64,000 nucleotides of DNA from Chara braunii. Lineage: Eukaryota; Plantae; Charophyceae. Shown here piece after piece: positions 1 through 13,300 of this stretch (position 1 is its first letter; each line of letters starts with the position of its first letter). The translations under genes and the position numbers were made by a program. The DNA lies in NCBI GenBank assembly GCA_003427395.1, contig BFEA01000013.1, positions 4,869,759-4,933,758 of the forward strand, read 5' to 3'. The notes under the pieces were generated by a model. It made no database searches and was not told the DNA's origin. It saw nothing but the letters and a program-made list of their open reading frames with translations.

Positions 1-1493
1 CCCTTCGTCCATCGTCCTTTATAATGGAGAAGACTTCAACTAGTACCTGTGATTGATTAGTCAGGTGCACGTACCCTACTTCCCCCTCGTGGCCAGGTAG
101 CCCTCCTCATTCATCTTCTCTTGCACCGGGGCCTTTCCTGAGGGTGATGTACTTGTGGAGAGGGAAGTTGTCAATCAACTCGTTGAGTGCTCTCTCAGTG
201 AAGTGGCAGTACCGCAGGGTTGCTCTTATCTTGTCCGTGCTTTTCCAGTTTCTTTCCTCTGTGTCCCAGAGATCTCCAACCCTTCGGATCTCGTGTTTCA
301 CCCACCCTTTCCATGGGGAATCTGAAGCACATCGTATCCGCCCTCCCGGGTCCGTTATCAATTGATTGCCGAATAAGGGCTGCCTAAATATTTCTTCCCA
401 CCTCTCAGGCGCGGGTCGGTCGGGGGGCGGGAGCTTCCTCCAATATTTGTTCGTGGGGTCGCCATTCCTGTACTTCTTGGGTATCCTCCAGTACATGTCC
501 TCCAACCATATGCGGGGGTAAATTTCCGGTGGAGATTCTGGAGCGAGGTCTGAAATCTGTGCCAAGGCGAGGGGGACCCATGGCAACGTCGGTGAAAAGA
601 CGATGTGTTGAAGCCAGCGAGAGGGTCTGGAATTGCGTGGCTGGGTCTATAATACCCAATCCGCCCCTGTTCTTGGGTTGAATCATCGAGTCTCATGCTA
701 CACGACTTATGGCGTGGGTATTATTGTTGTCGCCCCTCCACAGGAAGGCCGCAAGTTGTTGTTTCAATACTTTAAGCCCTCCGTTACTCATGGGCCATAG
801 GACGGATTTGTACCATAGAGTGGCCAGGACCACATTATTAATGACGAGCGCCCGCCCAAAGATTGATGTTCGTTTATTGTTCCATTTTTCCAGCTTAATG
901 TGTGCTGGTCCTGTCAGCCATTCATCATTGGATGTTGGTCTACCTCTGACGGTAATTAATGCCCCTAGGATTCTCAAGGGGTCTTCCGGAGTGAGCCACG
1001 TGATACGTGGGTGTTCCCAGAGGTCTGCCCCCTTGATGATGCAACTACCAGCCCGTGGTCTTTTGTGCCCAGTTAATGAACATGTCTGACAGGCAACATA
1101 ATTTGTTCATGAGTTGCTAAATTTCCTTCATATTTGCCTCGGTTGCATCCACTAATATGGTCAGGTCGTTAGCAAATAGAGAACAGATAGGTATCGCCTC
1201 CTCGGGGATGTTTGATATCGCAATACGTGTGAGGTCTTTGTTCTGGCGCAAATTAGCTGATAGCGCTTCCATGATTACGAGGAAGAGGTAGGGGGCGATA
1301 GGGTCCCCTTGTCTTACTGACCGTTGGAGTTCAAAGGGGGGTGCCACAGAGCCGTTGATTTGGACGCAAGTGGTGGTGTTTTTATGGAGGATCTTAACCC
1401 AGCGCCGGAAGGAGGGTCCAAAATTCATTCTTTCTAAGCACATATCTAAAAAACCCCAGTCCACGTGGTCGTAGGCTTTTTCGAAGTCTATAA
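1..1493 (-). mobile_element. LINE (L1/Tx1-like) ORF2 pseudogene fragment: RT domain and downstream region, 5'-truncated
   Basis: Minus-strand peptides IDFEKAYDHVDWGFLDMCLERMNFG, RSVRQGDPIAPYLF, LFANDLT (FADD motif) and GGLGIIDP, with stops and frameshifts. Runs off the window start. Confidence 0.92.
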
Positions 1494-1924
1494 CCTCGTA
1501 ATCATGGAAGCGCTATCAGCTAATCTGCGCCAGAACAAAGACCTCACACGTATTGCGATATCAAACATCCCCGAGGAGGCGATACCTATCTGTTCTCTAT
1601 TTGCTGACGACCTGACCATATTAGTGGATGCAACCGAGGCCAATATGAAGGAAATTCAGCTACTCATGAACAAATTATGTTGCCTGTCAGACATGTCCGT
1701 TAACTGGGGACAAAAGATCACGGGCTGGTGGCTGCATCACCAAGGGGGCAGACCTCCAGAACACCCACGTATCACGTGGCTCCCTCCGGAAGACCCCTTG
1801 AGAATCCTGGGGGCATTAATTACCGCCAGAGGTAGACCAGCATCCAATGATGAATGACTGACAGGACCAGCACAAATTAAGCTGGAAAAATGGAACAATA
1901 AACGAACATCAATCTTTGGGCGGG
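1494..1924 (+). repeat. Inverted duplicate of LINE RT segment 851-1282 (foldback)
   Basis: Near-identical reverse complement of 851-1282, encoding LVIMEALSANLRQ...LFADDLT. A 211-bp spacer (1283-1493) separates the arms. Confidence 0.92.
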
Positions 1925-1934
1925 AACTATGATC

Positions 1935-3607
1935 CACCGTGAAATCTAATACCTACCGAGTCCTAAGTTACTACTCATCGACCATGTCTCCAATTATCCT
2001 ATTTAGCCTTCTAAGCCGAAGGCTCGGATCAGATCATCCATTCGGATTTGATGCTCCCTCCTCAAATAGTCTCCACTGCCTGCCTCCTGCGGCCTGAACC
2101 TGAACCCGAGGACCCAGGTTTTGCCTCTAGAGAACCAGATCCCACTGCAATTGCCTATCACAACTAAACTACCGTTTCCACATCTACTACAAACTATTCA
2201 ACTAAGCACAAGGAAGGCAGAGGGACCTGGTAGTAAGGGAGTCTGTAACCCGAGGTCCTATACTGGACTAGACTCTCTACAACCCTTTAGAGGCTGAAAA
2301 AGGGTCCAAGTTCAGCTTGCCATCCGACCCGATCGTCGCCAGGTAACCATTGGCGCCGCTGCCTGCATTCAGTGACTTGGTGTCCTGAATCAATCCACCA
2401 GAATCTGTCTCTGAAGGAACAAAATGAAGGTTGAGCGAGTTTGCTTCTTTGACCATTCTTTGCCATCAAACACTCGGTAACCGTTGTTCCTGCATTGCCA
2501 AATTACCTGGAAGCCGCACGCTCTGAATACCTGCCATATGTACTCCCAGGGACCCAGCCTTTAGCGAGCCTTTCCTTGGTTGCCCTCCCAGCAAGATCCA
2601 CTCCTTTTCCCATGGAAAAGCTGAATTAGAGACTTTGTTCCAGTGCTCAGCGATTCATCTCCATACTCGATCTGAATTAGGGCAGTCCCACCACATGCAC
2701 ACGAGACTCGACAACCCAGTGACAACGTTGACATTGTACGTCTAGTTTCATTCCTCTTTCCGCCAGTCAAACCGCTGAGGGGATAGCTGTGAGAGATACT
2801 AACCATAGGATAGAAGCCTGGCGTTGACATGGGATAAGCTTCAGTTGTTTCCAACAATATCTGAGAGAACTGTCTATCCCGGATGGATCCAGACCAAGCA
2901 GTTGAGACCACCTGTGTCTGGCTACCAATACGGGATGTTTGACTGGAGGCATATGCCATATGGTCGTAGCCCATCTTCTGAATATATCCAGACGAGCAAG
3001 GTTTTCTCCCTGAACACCCTTTGCTCGCCATTCACGAATCCTGCGAAAAGAGTGAAAACAGGGATGTCTCCTGCTGAAATATGCTGAATAACTCTTACCT
3101 GTACTGGAGTGGAGCCGGCTACGGGCTGTGTATCATGTTCCGGCTCCATCGTTAGGCCAATGGATTCAATATCCCAGACCTAAAATACACGTCTTCCATC
3201 CTCCAGGAAGCTATTTAGTTTCCATACTCTGGCCACTCCAGGCTCCTCGTCCACGTACCAAGTACCTGCTGGGTCAACTGTGATTGAGAAGAGGAGATTC
3301 TTCCATTCTGTCGGAATGGCAGTTATCAGCAGTGCCGGTCCCATGAACGTGGCCGGCTGGTCACCGGGGCCAAAATCGTTCACGGGTTTTCCGCCCACGT
3401 GGACGGTGGTACGGTCGGGATCGGAGCAGGAGGGGGGTGGTGTGGGGGCCTTCTACACCCCCGTGCCTTCAAATCTTAAAAGAACAAACAAAAAAAAAAA
3501 CAGATGGGGGATTAAGAAAAAAAGAATTTGGGGGGTGGAGGTCGGGGGTGGAGGTGGGGGGTGGAGGTGGGGCAGGGCCCTGGTAACACCCCACATAGCA
3601 CCCATAC

Positions 3608-3689
<82 letters not shown>

Positions 3690-3692
3690 CGT

Positions 3693-3733
<41 letters not shown>

Positions 3734-4550
3734 ATGAGAGGGCAATGAATGACGGCCCTCGTTGCGGTTGGTGCTTTATGGCACCACGAAATGGAAATGG
3801 CCTGGTCCTCGTGTGGTCGACCTCCGCCTGGGGAAGGGCCAACCCTCCTGTCGGGAAACGAGGCCCGACAGTTTTTTTTTTTTTTTTTTTTTTGGTCGTA
3901 TGGCGCTGGCATAGTGTCATGATGTCATAATTTTTTATTTTGAAATAACTGCGCCGGTGACGGCTGCACAGTTTCAAATCCGCAGGAATAACAGTCTACT
4001 GCAAGCTTGGGCGAAGACCAGTTCGAAACTGCAAGAAAAACAGTACCATAATTGGCAAAAATGGGAGATAATTGGCAAAAACGGGAGGTGGCTGTCGTGT
4101 TTTTTGTTTTGTTTCGTTTTGTTGTTGTTGTTGTTTTTTGTTTTGTATTGTTTTGTTTTGTTTTGTTTTGTTTTGTTTTGCGCCTGCTTATGCCACGGCT
4201 GCGCTGTCTAGGCCACACCCATGGTTGGGCCATGGCCGAGATGTCTTGCCCACGCCCATGACTGGGCCACGGCCGAGATGTCTAGGCCATGGCTGGGTTG
4301 GAACCTGAGTCTGAAAGGGGAGGGCAGGGAGCAGAGGAAAAAGATCGAACAGTACATTCCGGTGAGTTAGGGCCGCATTCGGGGGGAGGTCGCCTACCGT
4401 GGTGTCAGTAGTGAAGCGGCCGTCAGAGAAGAAACTTTGTTTTTCCGTTTGGACCCCTGTGGTGGCCAGAGTGTGGAGACAGGACCGACACAGTTGCATT
4501 TGCTGATTTGCTGAATGAATCGGCCGTTGCAGCATGGCAAGATACACGAA
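1935..4550 (-). mobile_element. Decayed LINE ORF2 C-terminal part (zf-RVT-like region) and 3' UTR, interrupted at ~3440-4287
   Basis: Minus-strand peptides YCWKQLKLIPCQRQASILWLVSLTAIPSAV and ...QWLPGDDRVGWQAEL resemble the C-termini of the other LINEs here. Boundaries are approximate. Confidence 0.6.
3440..4287. mobile_element. Probable non-autonomous DNA-transposon remnant with (TC)n, (TA)n and (GTTTT)n microsatellites
   Basis: Interrupts the LINE reading frame. The right end has repeated GGCC(A/C)(C/T)GGCCGAGATGTCT motifs like the subterminal repeats of the large hAT and ends ...GGAACCTG. No left TIR or TSD found. Confidence 0.4.
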
Positions 4551-4877
4551 GTTGCAAAAAAAAAAAAAAAAAAGTTGNAAAACGAATCTATCTAGATACA
4601 GCTCCCGCCGTTCTTACCTAAGATAGAGTTGTGACAGTGTGAAGGATGCATATCCCGCTGTAGATTCCCGGATTTGACGGCAGGATAGTTGTTGTGAGAG
4701 GTTCCCTGCTCGCAGCAAGTGAAAGTTTTCAGAAAAAAAACAAAAAGAAAGTTTTTTGTTTTTTTGTTTTTTTAATTTAAAGGGGAGCTTTTTCAATTAC
4801 AAGCTGGGAAACGGGCCCAGCGTCTGTTACATGCTGCGCCTGCAACAGGCTGCACGGGCCATTTTCAGGCCCGTGTC

Positions 4878-5168
4878 ATTTTCAGCCTGAAAGCTTGAAA
4901 ACGAGGGCCTACAGACCGCATGTTGTTTTCAGGCCAAAAGCCTGAAAACAAGGGCCTACAGGCTCCGTGTCAGTTTCAGCCTGCAAGCCTGAAAACAAGG
5001 GCCAACAGGGCCCGTGTCAGTTTCAGCCTGAAAGCCTGAAAACAAGGGCCTACAGGCCCCGTGTCAGTTTCAGCCTGAAAGCCTGAAAATAAGGGCCTAC
5101 AGGCCCCGTGCCGTTTCAGCCTGAAAGCCTGAAAACGAGGGCCTACAGGCCCTGTGTTGTTTCAGGCT
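4878..5168 (+). repeat. ~6 tandem copies of a 47-bp unit in the LTR U3 region
   Basis: Unit TTTCAGCCTGAAAGCCTGAAAACAAGGGCCTACAGGCCCCGTGTCAG, repeated with few substitutions. Confidence 0.9.
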
Positions 5169-5584
5169 AAATCAGGGTCTTTCCGGCCCTGAGTATTTTC
5201 AGCCTGAAACTGAGGGCCATTTTCAGGCCCTCATCAGTTCGACCTACCCTGAAACTCAGGCACCAGACCAGGGTTTTAGCTCAGGCCATTTTTGGCCTAT
5301 TCAATACAACCTTTGTTTGAGCTTCAACCCCTGGGTCTGGAACGTTTTGGCATTGGCAAGAGCAGCCTCCTGAACGGGCCAACACTATATAAGACTGGCC
5401 CGCCCTGCAGGGTGTAGGTAGTTGGGAGGTAGTTCATAGGTACTTCCCAGGCACTGCACATGCAGTTCAGGAGGCAGGACATAGTCTTCAGGATTCGGCA
5501 GCAGCACTCTGGAGGAGTGCTAGCAGAGAAATAGAGTATGAAGATCAAGAAGTCCCAAAGTCTGAAGATCAAGAAGTCCTAAAA

Positions 5585-8500
5585 ACAATAGCTGAAGAAC
5601 TCCTATGTTTGGAAGACCAGTTGTTGACTCAAATGGAATATAGATGGCAAGGTTTGAGAATAAGGGGTAAACTCAAAATTCAGAATATGGAAGGAGCTAT
5701 GGATGCACGTTTTTTTGCTATGGCCAGAGCAAGTGCAGGAAGAACTATTATTGAGGCTTAAGAAGATCCGTTAGATCCGGACAAAAATCTGGTTACCTCG
5801 TCTGCTGCATGCTCCAAAGTAGCCAGAGATTTTTTCAAATCACTTTTCACTTCACAAAACAGTCATATTCCGAAAGAGAGTCGTATCATAGAAATGGAAG
5901 AATTCATTTTGCCTCTTAATAAAACTTTAACAGAGAAACAGAAAGAAATGATGGAAAAACCCCTGGGAAAGGAAGAGGTGTGAAAGTCTCTTTTATTAAT
6001 GGATGAGGAGAAATCGCCAGGCATTGATCGTCTCCCAAAGGAATTTTAGGAATCGACGTGGGATTTCATATCTCAGGATCTAATGGATTATTATCAGGCT
6101 GTTTGGGAATTAGGAGAGATGGGGGAATTTGTGGGTCAGGGAGTGCTTACTCTTTTGTATAAAAAGGTGACAAGACTAATATAAGAAATTATCGCCCAAT
6201 CACTCTTCTTACAGTAGTTTATAAACTCATATCTAAGTCACTTGCAAATCGTATGTCCAAAATAATACCAGAAATTATTCACGCATCTCAGACGAGATTT
6301 ATAACTGGCAGAAACATTCAAGATAATATCCTTCTTGTAAATGAACTCCTTAAAATATCTCGTCAGTCCAAACACAATGTAGCTTTCATATTCATCGATT
6401 TTGAAAAGGCATACGACCATGTCGATTGACTTTTCATTGACAAATGCTTGGAAAAGATGAATTTTTTGCCCCAAACTTTCGAAGATGGGTGACAATCCTA
6501 CATCATAATGCCACCACAAGAGTGATGGTCAACAATAATGTAACTCCCCCCATCCCTCTAGAAAGATCGGTTCGTCAAGGGGATTCCTTTGCACCCTTTC
6601 TATTTGTAATTATTATGGAAGCACTAGCGGCAGATTTGAGACAACACAAAGACATTAGTCGCATTCAGGTTACGAGTATTCCACAAGAGGCTATTCCAGT
6701 ATGTTCCTTATTTGCTGACGATCTCTCCCTTATGGTTGAGGCTACTTATGAGAACATGATAGAAATTCAGAATTTAATGGATAAATTTTGTCGCCTCTCA
6801 GATATGAAAGTTAATTGGGGGAGTAAAACAACAGGCTGGTGGATACATCATCAAGGTGGGAGACCGCCAGAATTACTAAGGATAAAATGGTTATCATTAG
6901 ATACTCCAATTAGAGTATTAGGAATCTCTCTATCAGATGAAGGTAAACCAAAGAATCATAATGAATGAATTACCCAATCTGCTCTGTCCAAAATGGAAGC
7001 GTGAAAAAATAAACACACCTCTATTTTTGGACGTTCACTGATCATTAATAATGTTATTTTGGCATCTTTATGGTACAAGCCAGGGATTTGGGCTATGGAC
7101 AATGACTCCCTCAAAAATTTTCATAGACAGTTGCCTGCATTTTTATGGAGAGGAAATCATGAGTATAACAGTGTGATCAGCAGGGTAGCATGACAATCTA
7201 TTATTCAACCAAAAGAAAGGGGAGGATTGAGGATTATTGATCCCTTAATGCAGACTAAGGCACTATCTATCCAATGGTTTCAATGTCTTTTATTTAACCC
7301 CCAGACCCTATGGGCACCGTTGGTCTTGGAACAAATTAAGTGTTTAACCCCTCCTACAGTTGCGGGAATTGATCCTCTAACATGGTTGGGAAACAGATCT
7401 TGGACTATCCCAAGGGGTAACTCCAAATTGGCAATAACAGATGAATGCTGTAGTAGGAAGGCTGTCAGACAAGATTTGAAGAATGACTCATTTTAGGTGA
7501 CTATGCTTAAGACCTGGCGACAACTTCCCCTAACAGACAAATTGTCATCTGAAAGGTGGGAGGAAGTGTGTCAACAACCTTTATTTGATAATAGGTGGAT
7601 TCGTGACTCCCAGGGATATGTCCTCCATTGTATGCACTCACCCTGGAAATGATGGATTAACAATGGTATTATGAGGATAAATGATACATGGGATAAGGAA
7701 ATAAATGACTGGATTGATCCAACTAAACTAAGGGGGAGATTAAGGTACTGTCATCACTTGAAGGAAGCCCTAGAAAGGATAATAGAAATTGTCGCACTAG
7801 AATGGATTCGTATTTTGAGACAAGGTCATAAATTAATGCTAAATTACTGGGTAGCACTTAAATCTCAGTCCCAGTTAATTGGTAGAATCCTTGAACAGGG
7901 TCAAAATGGGGATTTTCTTTTACAAATTTTCTCTCTCTTTTCTTCCAATACTGTCCTTCAAATGGGGCAAGAGGAAACTCGATGGGTCTAGGCTTAGCAG
8001 ATTTTCAGAATAAGGGTAATCAAAAGTAAAGACTCTTTGATTGCCTTCAAACCAGAGTGTCCTATCCCATTACTTCCTTTTGACCCGGCCAACTGGGTAT
8101 GGGGTACAGTACCAAGAAAAGGAAGTAGTAATATATCATTCAAGAGGGTCATTCACACACTTAAAGTTAAAACAGCCTATCGTATGCTGCGGCTAAGAAT
8201 CAATCTGAAAAACATAGTTTCCACCAGATGGATGAAACATCTTAATATAAGTAAGGAGGAGCTAAGGCAAGTAAGATGGTTCAAAACAGCTAAAGGTAAA
8301 CCAGCCAAAATATCCTTCCTTCAATGGCAAATTGAACATAGGTGTCCTCCAACCAATGACTGGCTCATTGACAGATCTTCTTTAGAACAAAAAGGACTGG
8401 CATCAAGATGGTGTAAGCTCTGAAGATCAGCCTTCCCAAGTAAATCAATTCCTGAAACCATAGAGCACATCTTTATGCAATGTCCTGGTTCTATCTGGTT

Positions 8501-9545
8501 ATGGAGATGGTGGGATCGCGTCTGGTCACAATTAGTCCCACAGATTTCATGGCCTTGGGGGTGGAAAAAAATTCTTCTCGAGGCATGGAACCCTGATGAA
8601 GAATTAGTGGAGGGTAATGAAGAATTTGTGAAAAATCTTTATCGCATAGGGAGAAGAGCAGTAATGTGGGCTATCTGGTCGAGGAGGTGCACTTATGAAT
8701 GGGAAGGGGCCAGGTTAGATGGGCCGGATTACATAGAGACCATCAAGCAGCAAATTCAAACAGATGTATTAGCAAAATGGGTTCAAATAAAAGAAAAAGT
8801 TCAATTTTTTTCAGATAAATCAGAAATTCAAAAACATTTTACAAAATTTAGTCGTAATTGGCTGGGCGGAAACCTGAAAAGGGAGAATTGGGAATGTCAT
8901 ATGGAATGGGGCAAAGCAAGATGATGATGCTGAAATCAAAAGAGATTACAATGTGATATTTGGCGAATGGACTACAATTGAGGCTTCAATACCTATGCGT
9001 CCTCTAGTAGAATTCCCAGATCCTTTCCCTCCCCCTGCACCTATCCTTGATCCAATTTCATGGTATGGAGAATAGAGTTAAAACATTTGTAGCTACAAAA
9101 GATCAGTATGGCGTCCTGAAAATAGGATGAAGAGGCAGTGTTTTCTTCAATTTTCTGGTGACTAGTTTTCAACTTTCTGGTGAAAAAAGAGAATAGTCGG
9201 TAAAGTGATAATCAAAAGGACGCTGAGCCCGGTCCTCAACAATATTGTGATTGGTTAAAAAAACTAAATAGATCCAGACCCTGATAGGTTAACATGGCGC
9301 CCTGTTTTGAGGGTGAAGAGGAATCTATTTAGGACTGCTCAGTCAATCCCCTGGATAGTAGGGCAATCAATGTTGGCTGACAGATCTCATTGATACTGCT
9401 TATTCTCAGTCATATTCACTCTCTGTAAAAGGGACGCTTGACCCGTTTTCCAGCAGGTGATGCTCCCCACCAATAGATGGAGCTTCCCGCCTGGTGGTAG
9501 TGGTGTCTGCTATTACTAGCAACACTATCACCGATGGGGGTGTTG

Positions 9546-9576
<31 letters not shown>
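5585..9576 (+). mobile_element. 5'-truncated LINE (L1/Tx1-like): RT, zf-RVT, 3' UTR, poly(A)
   Basis: Peptides KSPGID, NYRPITLL, IDFEKAYDHVD, RSVRQGD, LFADDL and WCKL..ETIEHIFMQC. Poly(A) at 9549-9576. Multiple stops. Confidence 0.93.
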
Positions 9577-9577
<1 letters not shown>

Positions 9578-10382
9578 ATATAGAGGAGCGCTGCAGGATT
9601 AGTATTAGCGCTAGCAGTAATCTTCAGCGCTGGGCGCTTTGTAGCGTTAGCAGTAGTCTTCAGCATAGGGCGCCATAGCTAGAGTAGTACTAGAGAGAGA
9701 GAGATTGGGCGGAGATCAGGGATACTTACCTCCAGCGCTGTTGCTCCAGCTTCGTCTTCGAGGTACCTGCAACACAACGCCATCTTCACAGGTTAGTATC
9801 TGACACATGAGAGAGAGAGTTCTTATTCTCCTCTTCTCAATCTACCATCTCCTTCTCACCCTCCCGCTATCTGACTTCAGTGCATCAGCAGACTACGAGA
9901 GAGAGGATCCAGACTTGACATTGGACTGCAGACATATCGAAGAGGGATTATTTGAGACTTGAAACGAGACTTGGTGTTGACGACTTTCCCATCTCCCCCT
10001 TCCTCTTCTTCGTCTGATCCCCTCCTCTTCGTCTGTGTATGTATGGACTTGGTGCCTCTTTCCTGTGTATAGCGCCAGACTCCTTCACACCTTGTGATGG
10101 ACATGATGCATGTCTGGTCTGCGTTTAAACATTGATTGGGCTAGTCATTTGCATTCTAGCATTCTGCTTCGCTATCTTGTGCTACGTGAATGAGGTCAGT
10201 CCCGGTCAGGTCAGGACTTGTATCTAAAGTCTTCCCTGCGCTATAAAAGCACCATTTTGTATGTATCAGAATGCACATTGCTTGTTGAGATTCTACTTGT
10301 ACTGCATTGTCCATTCAATTTTTTTTATCACATTGCGGATCCTCGGTTATTATGTACATCGCCCAACTGGGCATGTAACAGT

Positions 10383-10394
10383 TGGTATCGGAAC
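10383..10394 (+). promoter_or_regulatory. Primer-binding site (tRNA-iMet-like)
   Basis: TGGTATCGGAAC, 2 nt after the LTR end; 10/12 match to TGGTATCAGAGC. Confidence 0.75.
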
Positions 10395-13300
10395 ACCGCA
10401 CGTGAATCAGGACAACCTGATTTGACACGTGTGCGGGGACTAGGTAGATGGTTAATTTTGATTGATTGATTAGAGCACACTAGTTAGCCCCCAAAATCAC
10501 GATTTTTACCTCACTGTCAAAAGTCGAATTTTTTTATCTTTTCTTGGATTTTGTTTTCTCGCTATTTCTATTGTGGAAAATCGCAATAGCGCAACATCTA
10601 AAACTTCCGATTTCGTTTTTTCTTCTGAAAATTCAAAATTTCGTTGTTGAAAATTTGAAATATCTTCTTTTTCGAAAATTTCGATTTCCTCTTGCAATTT
10701 CCCGTTATTTGGAAATCCAGAATATTTTTATTTCGAAATCTGTTTCTTTTTTTTAAACGGTATGGGAATCCCTCTTGCAGTTATCATTCTTCAACTACGC
10801 TGACTTTTTTTTTTTTTTTTTTTTACAAAAAAGTTGAAAAAACATCCCCCCTGCCAGTGCTAGTGCTGCTGATACGAGCAGTCACCACTAACACCCGGGG
10901 GGAGGCTCCATCTATTGGTGGGGAGCATCACCTGCTGCGTCCCATATACCGAATCAAAAATAGAGTTGTTTGAGAAGCATGATTATGAGGCCTGCCAACA
11001 TTGATGACCCTGTCTCTAGGGGATTAACTGAGCATGTGTGTGTATCCAAAACTATAGCAATGTAGCCTTTGTCTTCCGTATCTCTTCACCCCCCAGAGGG
11101 GGGCACCAGATGACCCAATAAGCGTTGATACCACTTCGAGAAGTAATAAAATTGCGTAGCAGGAAAACTCCCTGGGGGCCTCAAGGGGAGGATTCCTTAT
11201 ATGATTAAGACATGTGAGTAGAACAAGGTTGTGGGGTTTTATCATTCAGGACAGGGTCTCTGCCAGGGAAAGGGCATGGGGCGGGAAAGGGTCTGGAAAA
11301 TCAGCAGAGGGGCGAAGTGGGAAAGAAGGTTCTATGTTCATCCAGTCTTTGAAAATTAGGCGATAGTCTCTCATCTCTTCCAAATCCCTTTGTCCCTCCC
11401 CCCCATCCTCGCTCCATTCGACTTTTGCAATCCATCCTTCTCTCTCCCCTCCCACCCAATCTGTGCAAAATGTCGTAATCAGTCTCCTAACTTCTCCTAC
11501 TTGTTTAAAAAGATCTAATTGTGCTTTGGTGTCCCGCCATCTTTGTGCGAGTTCGAAATGCACCTGCTGCTGGATTTGTTCAGTAATTTCTGGCACCTCT
11601 ACTCTCACCTTATCCATAGCCAGCGTACATCTCTGCCAACAAAGTCCCAACATCACCGCCCTCCTTCCAAGTTTGTACATGTTCTCTATGAAGGTCGTGG
11701 TTGCTTCTGCGTGTGGCCCGTGGCCAGCCAATATGGCTTGCCAAGACCAGGGCCAGGGAACTGTAGGTTCCATCTTTCTCCATATGCGATCCCACCACCT
11801 CCATATGAATTGGGCGATCGGGCATTGCATGAAGATGTGTTCGATGGTTTCCGCCTTTTTGTGAAAAGCGAAAAGGCTCTAACGCTGTTGGCACCATGAA
11901 AGCAGTAGACCTTTTTGCTCTAAATTAGTACGGTCGGTCAACCAGTCATTGGTTGGCAAGCAGTGGTGGGCGATTTGCCATTGCAGAGAAGTGATTTTCA
12001 TGGGTTTTTCCTTCTGTCCCTGGAACCATTCGATTGGGGTCAGGAGGGAGCGATCCACGTTCAAGTGTCTGGCCCATCTGTCGTTGACTACGTCTCTCAG
12101 CCGTCTCTTGGGTCTGAGCATTTGATAGGCTGATTTGACCGACAACTGGTGTAGGCTGATGTGACCTGCTTTGGGACCTCCCCTCTGCTGGGGGAGTTTC
12201 CAAGACCATTCCGTTGGGTCCAGAAGGGTTGTAACACCACCCTCTGCCCTTTCTCTTTTAAGATTCTCATTCTATACAAGGATGCTCTCTCTTTCCATTC
12301 AAGGGGGGCTTTGCTACCTTGGAGGGTGTTAGTTCCAGTGATTGCGTAGTGTTCGACTAGGACAGCCTGGGGTGAAACCATGTGTATTTGCCTTATCCTT
12401 TGAGGAGACTCCTTGCTGGCTACCCAGTCCCCTTCCTTTAAGGAGGGGCCTTGCTTAAGGGTTTGATACCATGCCAGCAGGATAGCTTCAATCAGGTCAT
12501 CCAAATGCTCCTTTACGCGGTGTCAGTATCGTAGGATTCCTAGCATTTGGTCTCCTGTTTTCCAATCTCTTCTGTCATTATCCCAGAGGTCCCCGACCCT
12601 GAGCACCCCTCTCTTTACCCAGCTCTTCCAAGGCAAAGCTGAGCTTGTCATGATACAGCCGCTTAAGGTAGTCACCCATTGGTTTCCGAACAAGGATTGT
12701 CGGTAGACTTCCTCCCAACGGTCGGGGTGAGTTCTGTCTGGAAGCGGGAGTCTATGCCAGGTTTCCAATAAGGAGGGTCGGAAGCTGTCCAGAACCCGGT
12801 TGCCTCCGTCCAGCCCTTTCCTTGCTCGGGGAAACTTTCGTGGGATTGTCCAGAATCGGTCCTCCAGCCATATCAACGGGTGGGTGGATTGGGGGGTTTC
12901 TGGGGCCAGTCGGGCTAGATGTTCCAGAGCTTAAACGCACCATGGACTCTTGGGGGCGAAGATGAGTTTTTTAATCAATTTTAGTCGTAGTGCTTGCACT
13001 TGCGTGGCTGGGTCAATTATTCCTAAGCCTCCCCCTGCCTTAGGTTGGATAATGAAATCCCACGCCACGCGGTTGATTACGTTATTTTGCTCACCATCCC
13101 CCCTCCATAAGAAAGCAGTCGCCTTTTTCTTTAGGCCTTTTAATGTTGTTTCGCTTAGTGGCCACAATAGTGATTTGTACTATAAAGATGCGAAGACTAC
13201 GTTATTAATTACTAATGCGCGACCGAAAAGGGATGTGTGCTTATTTTTCCAGTGCTCTAATTTTTGTCGTGCCGGGTTGCTAATCCATTCATCGTTGGTT

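Larger units (their letters stand above)
4825..10380 (+). mobile_element. 5' LTR of a Ty3/Gypsy-type retrotransposon (~1.5 kb net), interrupted by a LINE
   Basis: Perfect 10-bp inverted termini TGTTACATGC (4825) and GCATGTAACA (10380). TATA-like CTATATAAG at ~5385. Followed directly by a PBS and later a gag remnant. Confidence 0.8.

Noticed and set aside
3280-4308. ORFs with LSLSLS/ERERER/YIYIYI runs (also 55876-56175, 60839-62168)
   Set aside because: Translations of microsatellites.
4878-5333. hAT end (…CAACCCCTG at 5333) with 47-bp subterminal repeats
   Set aside because: No partner TIR or TSD. Better explained as U3 of the LTR defined by TGTTACATGC/GCATGTAACA and the PBS.
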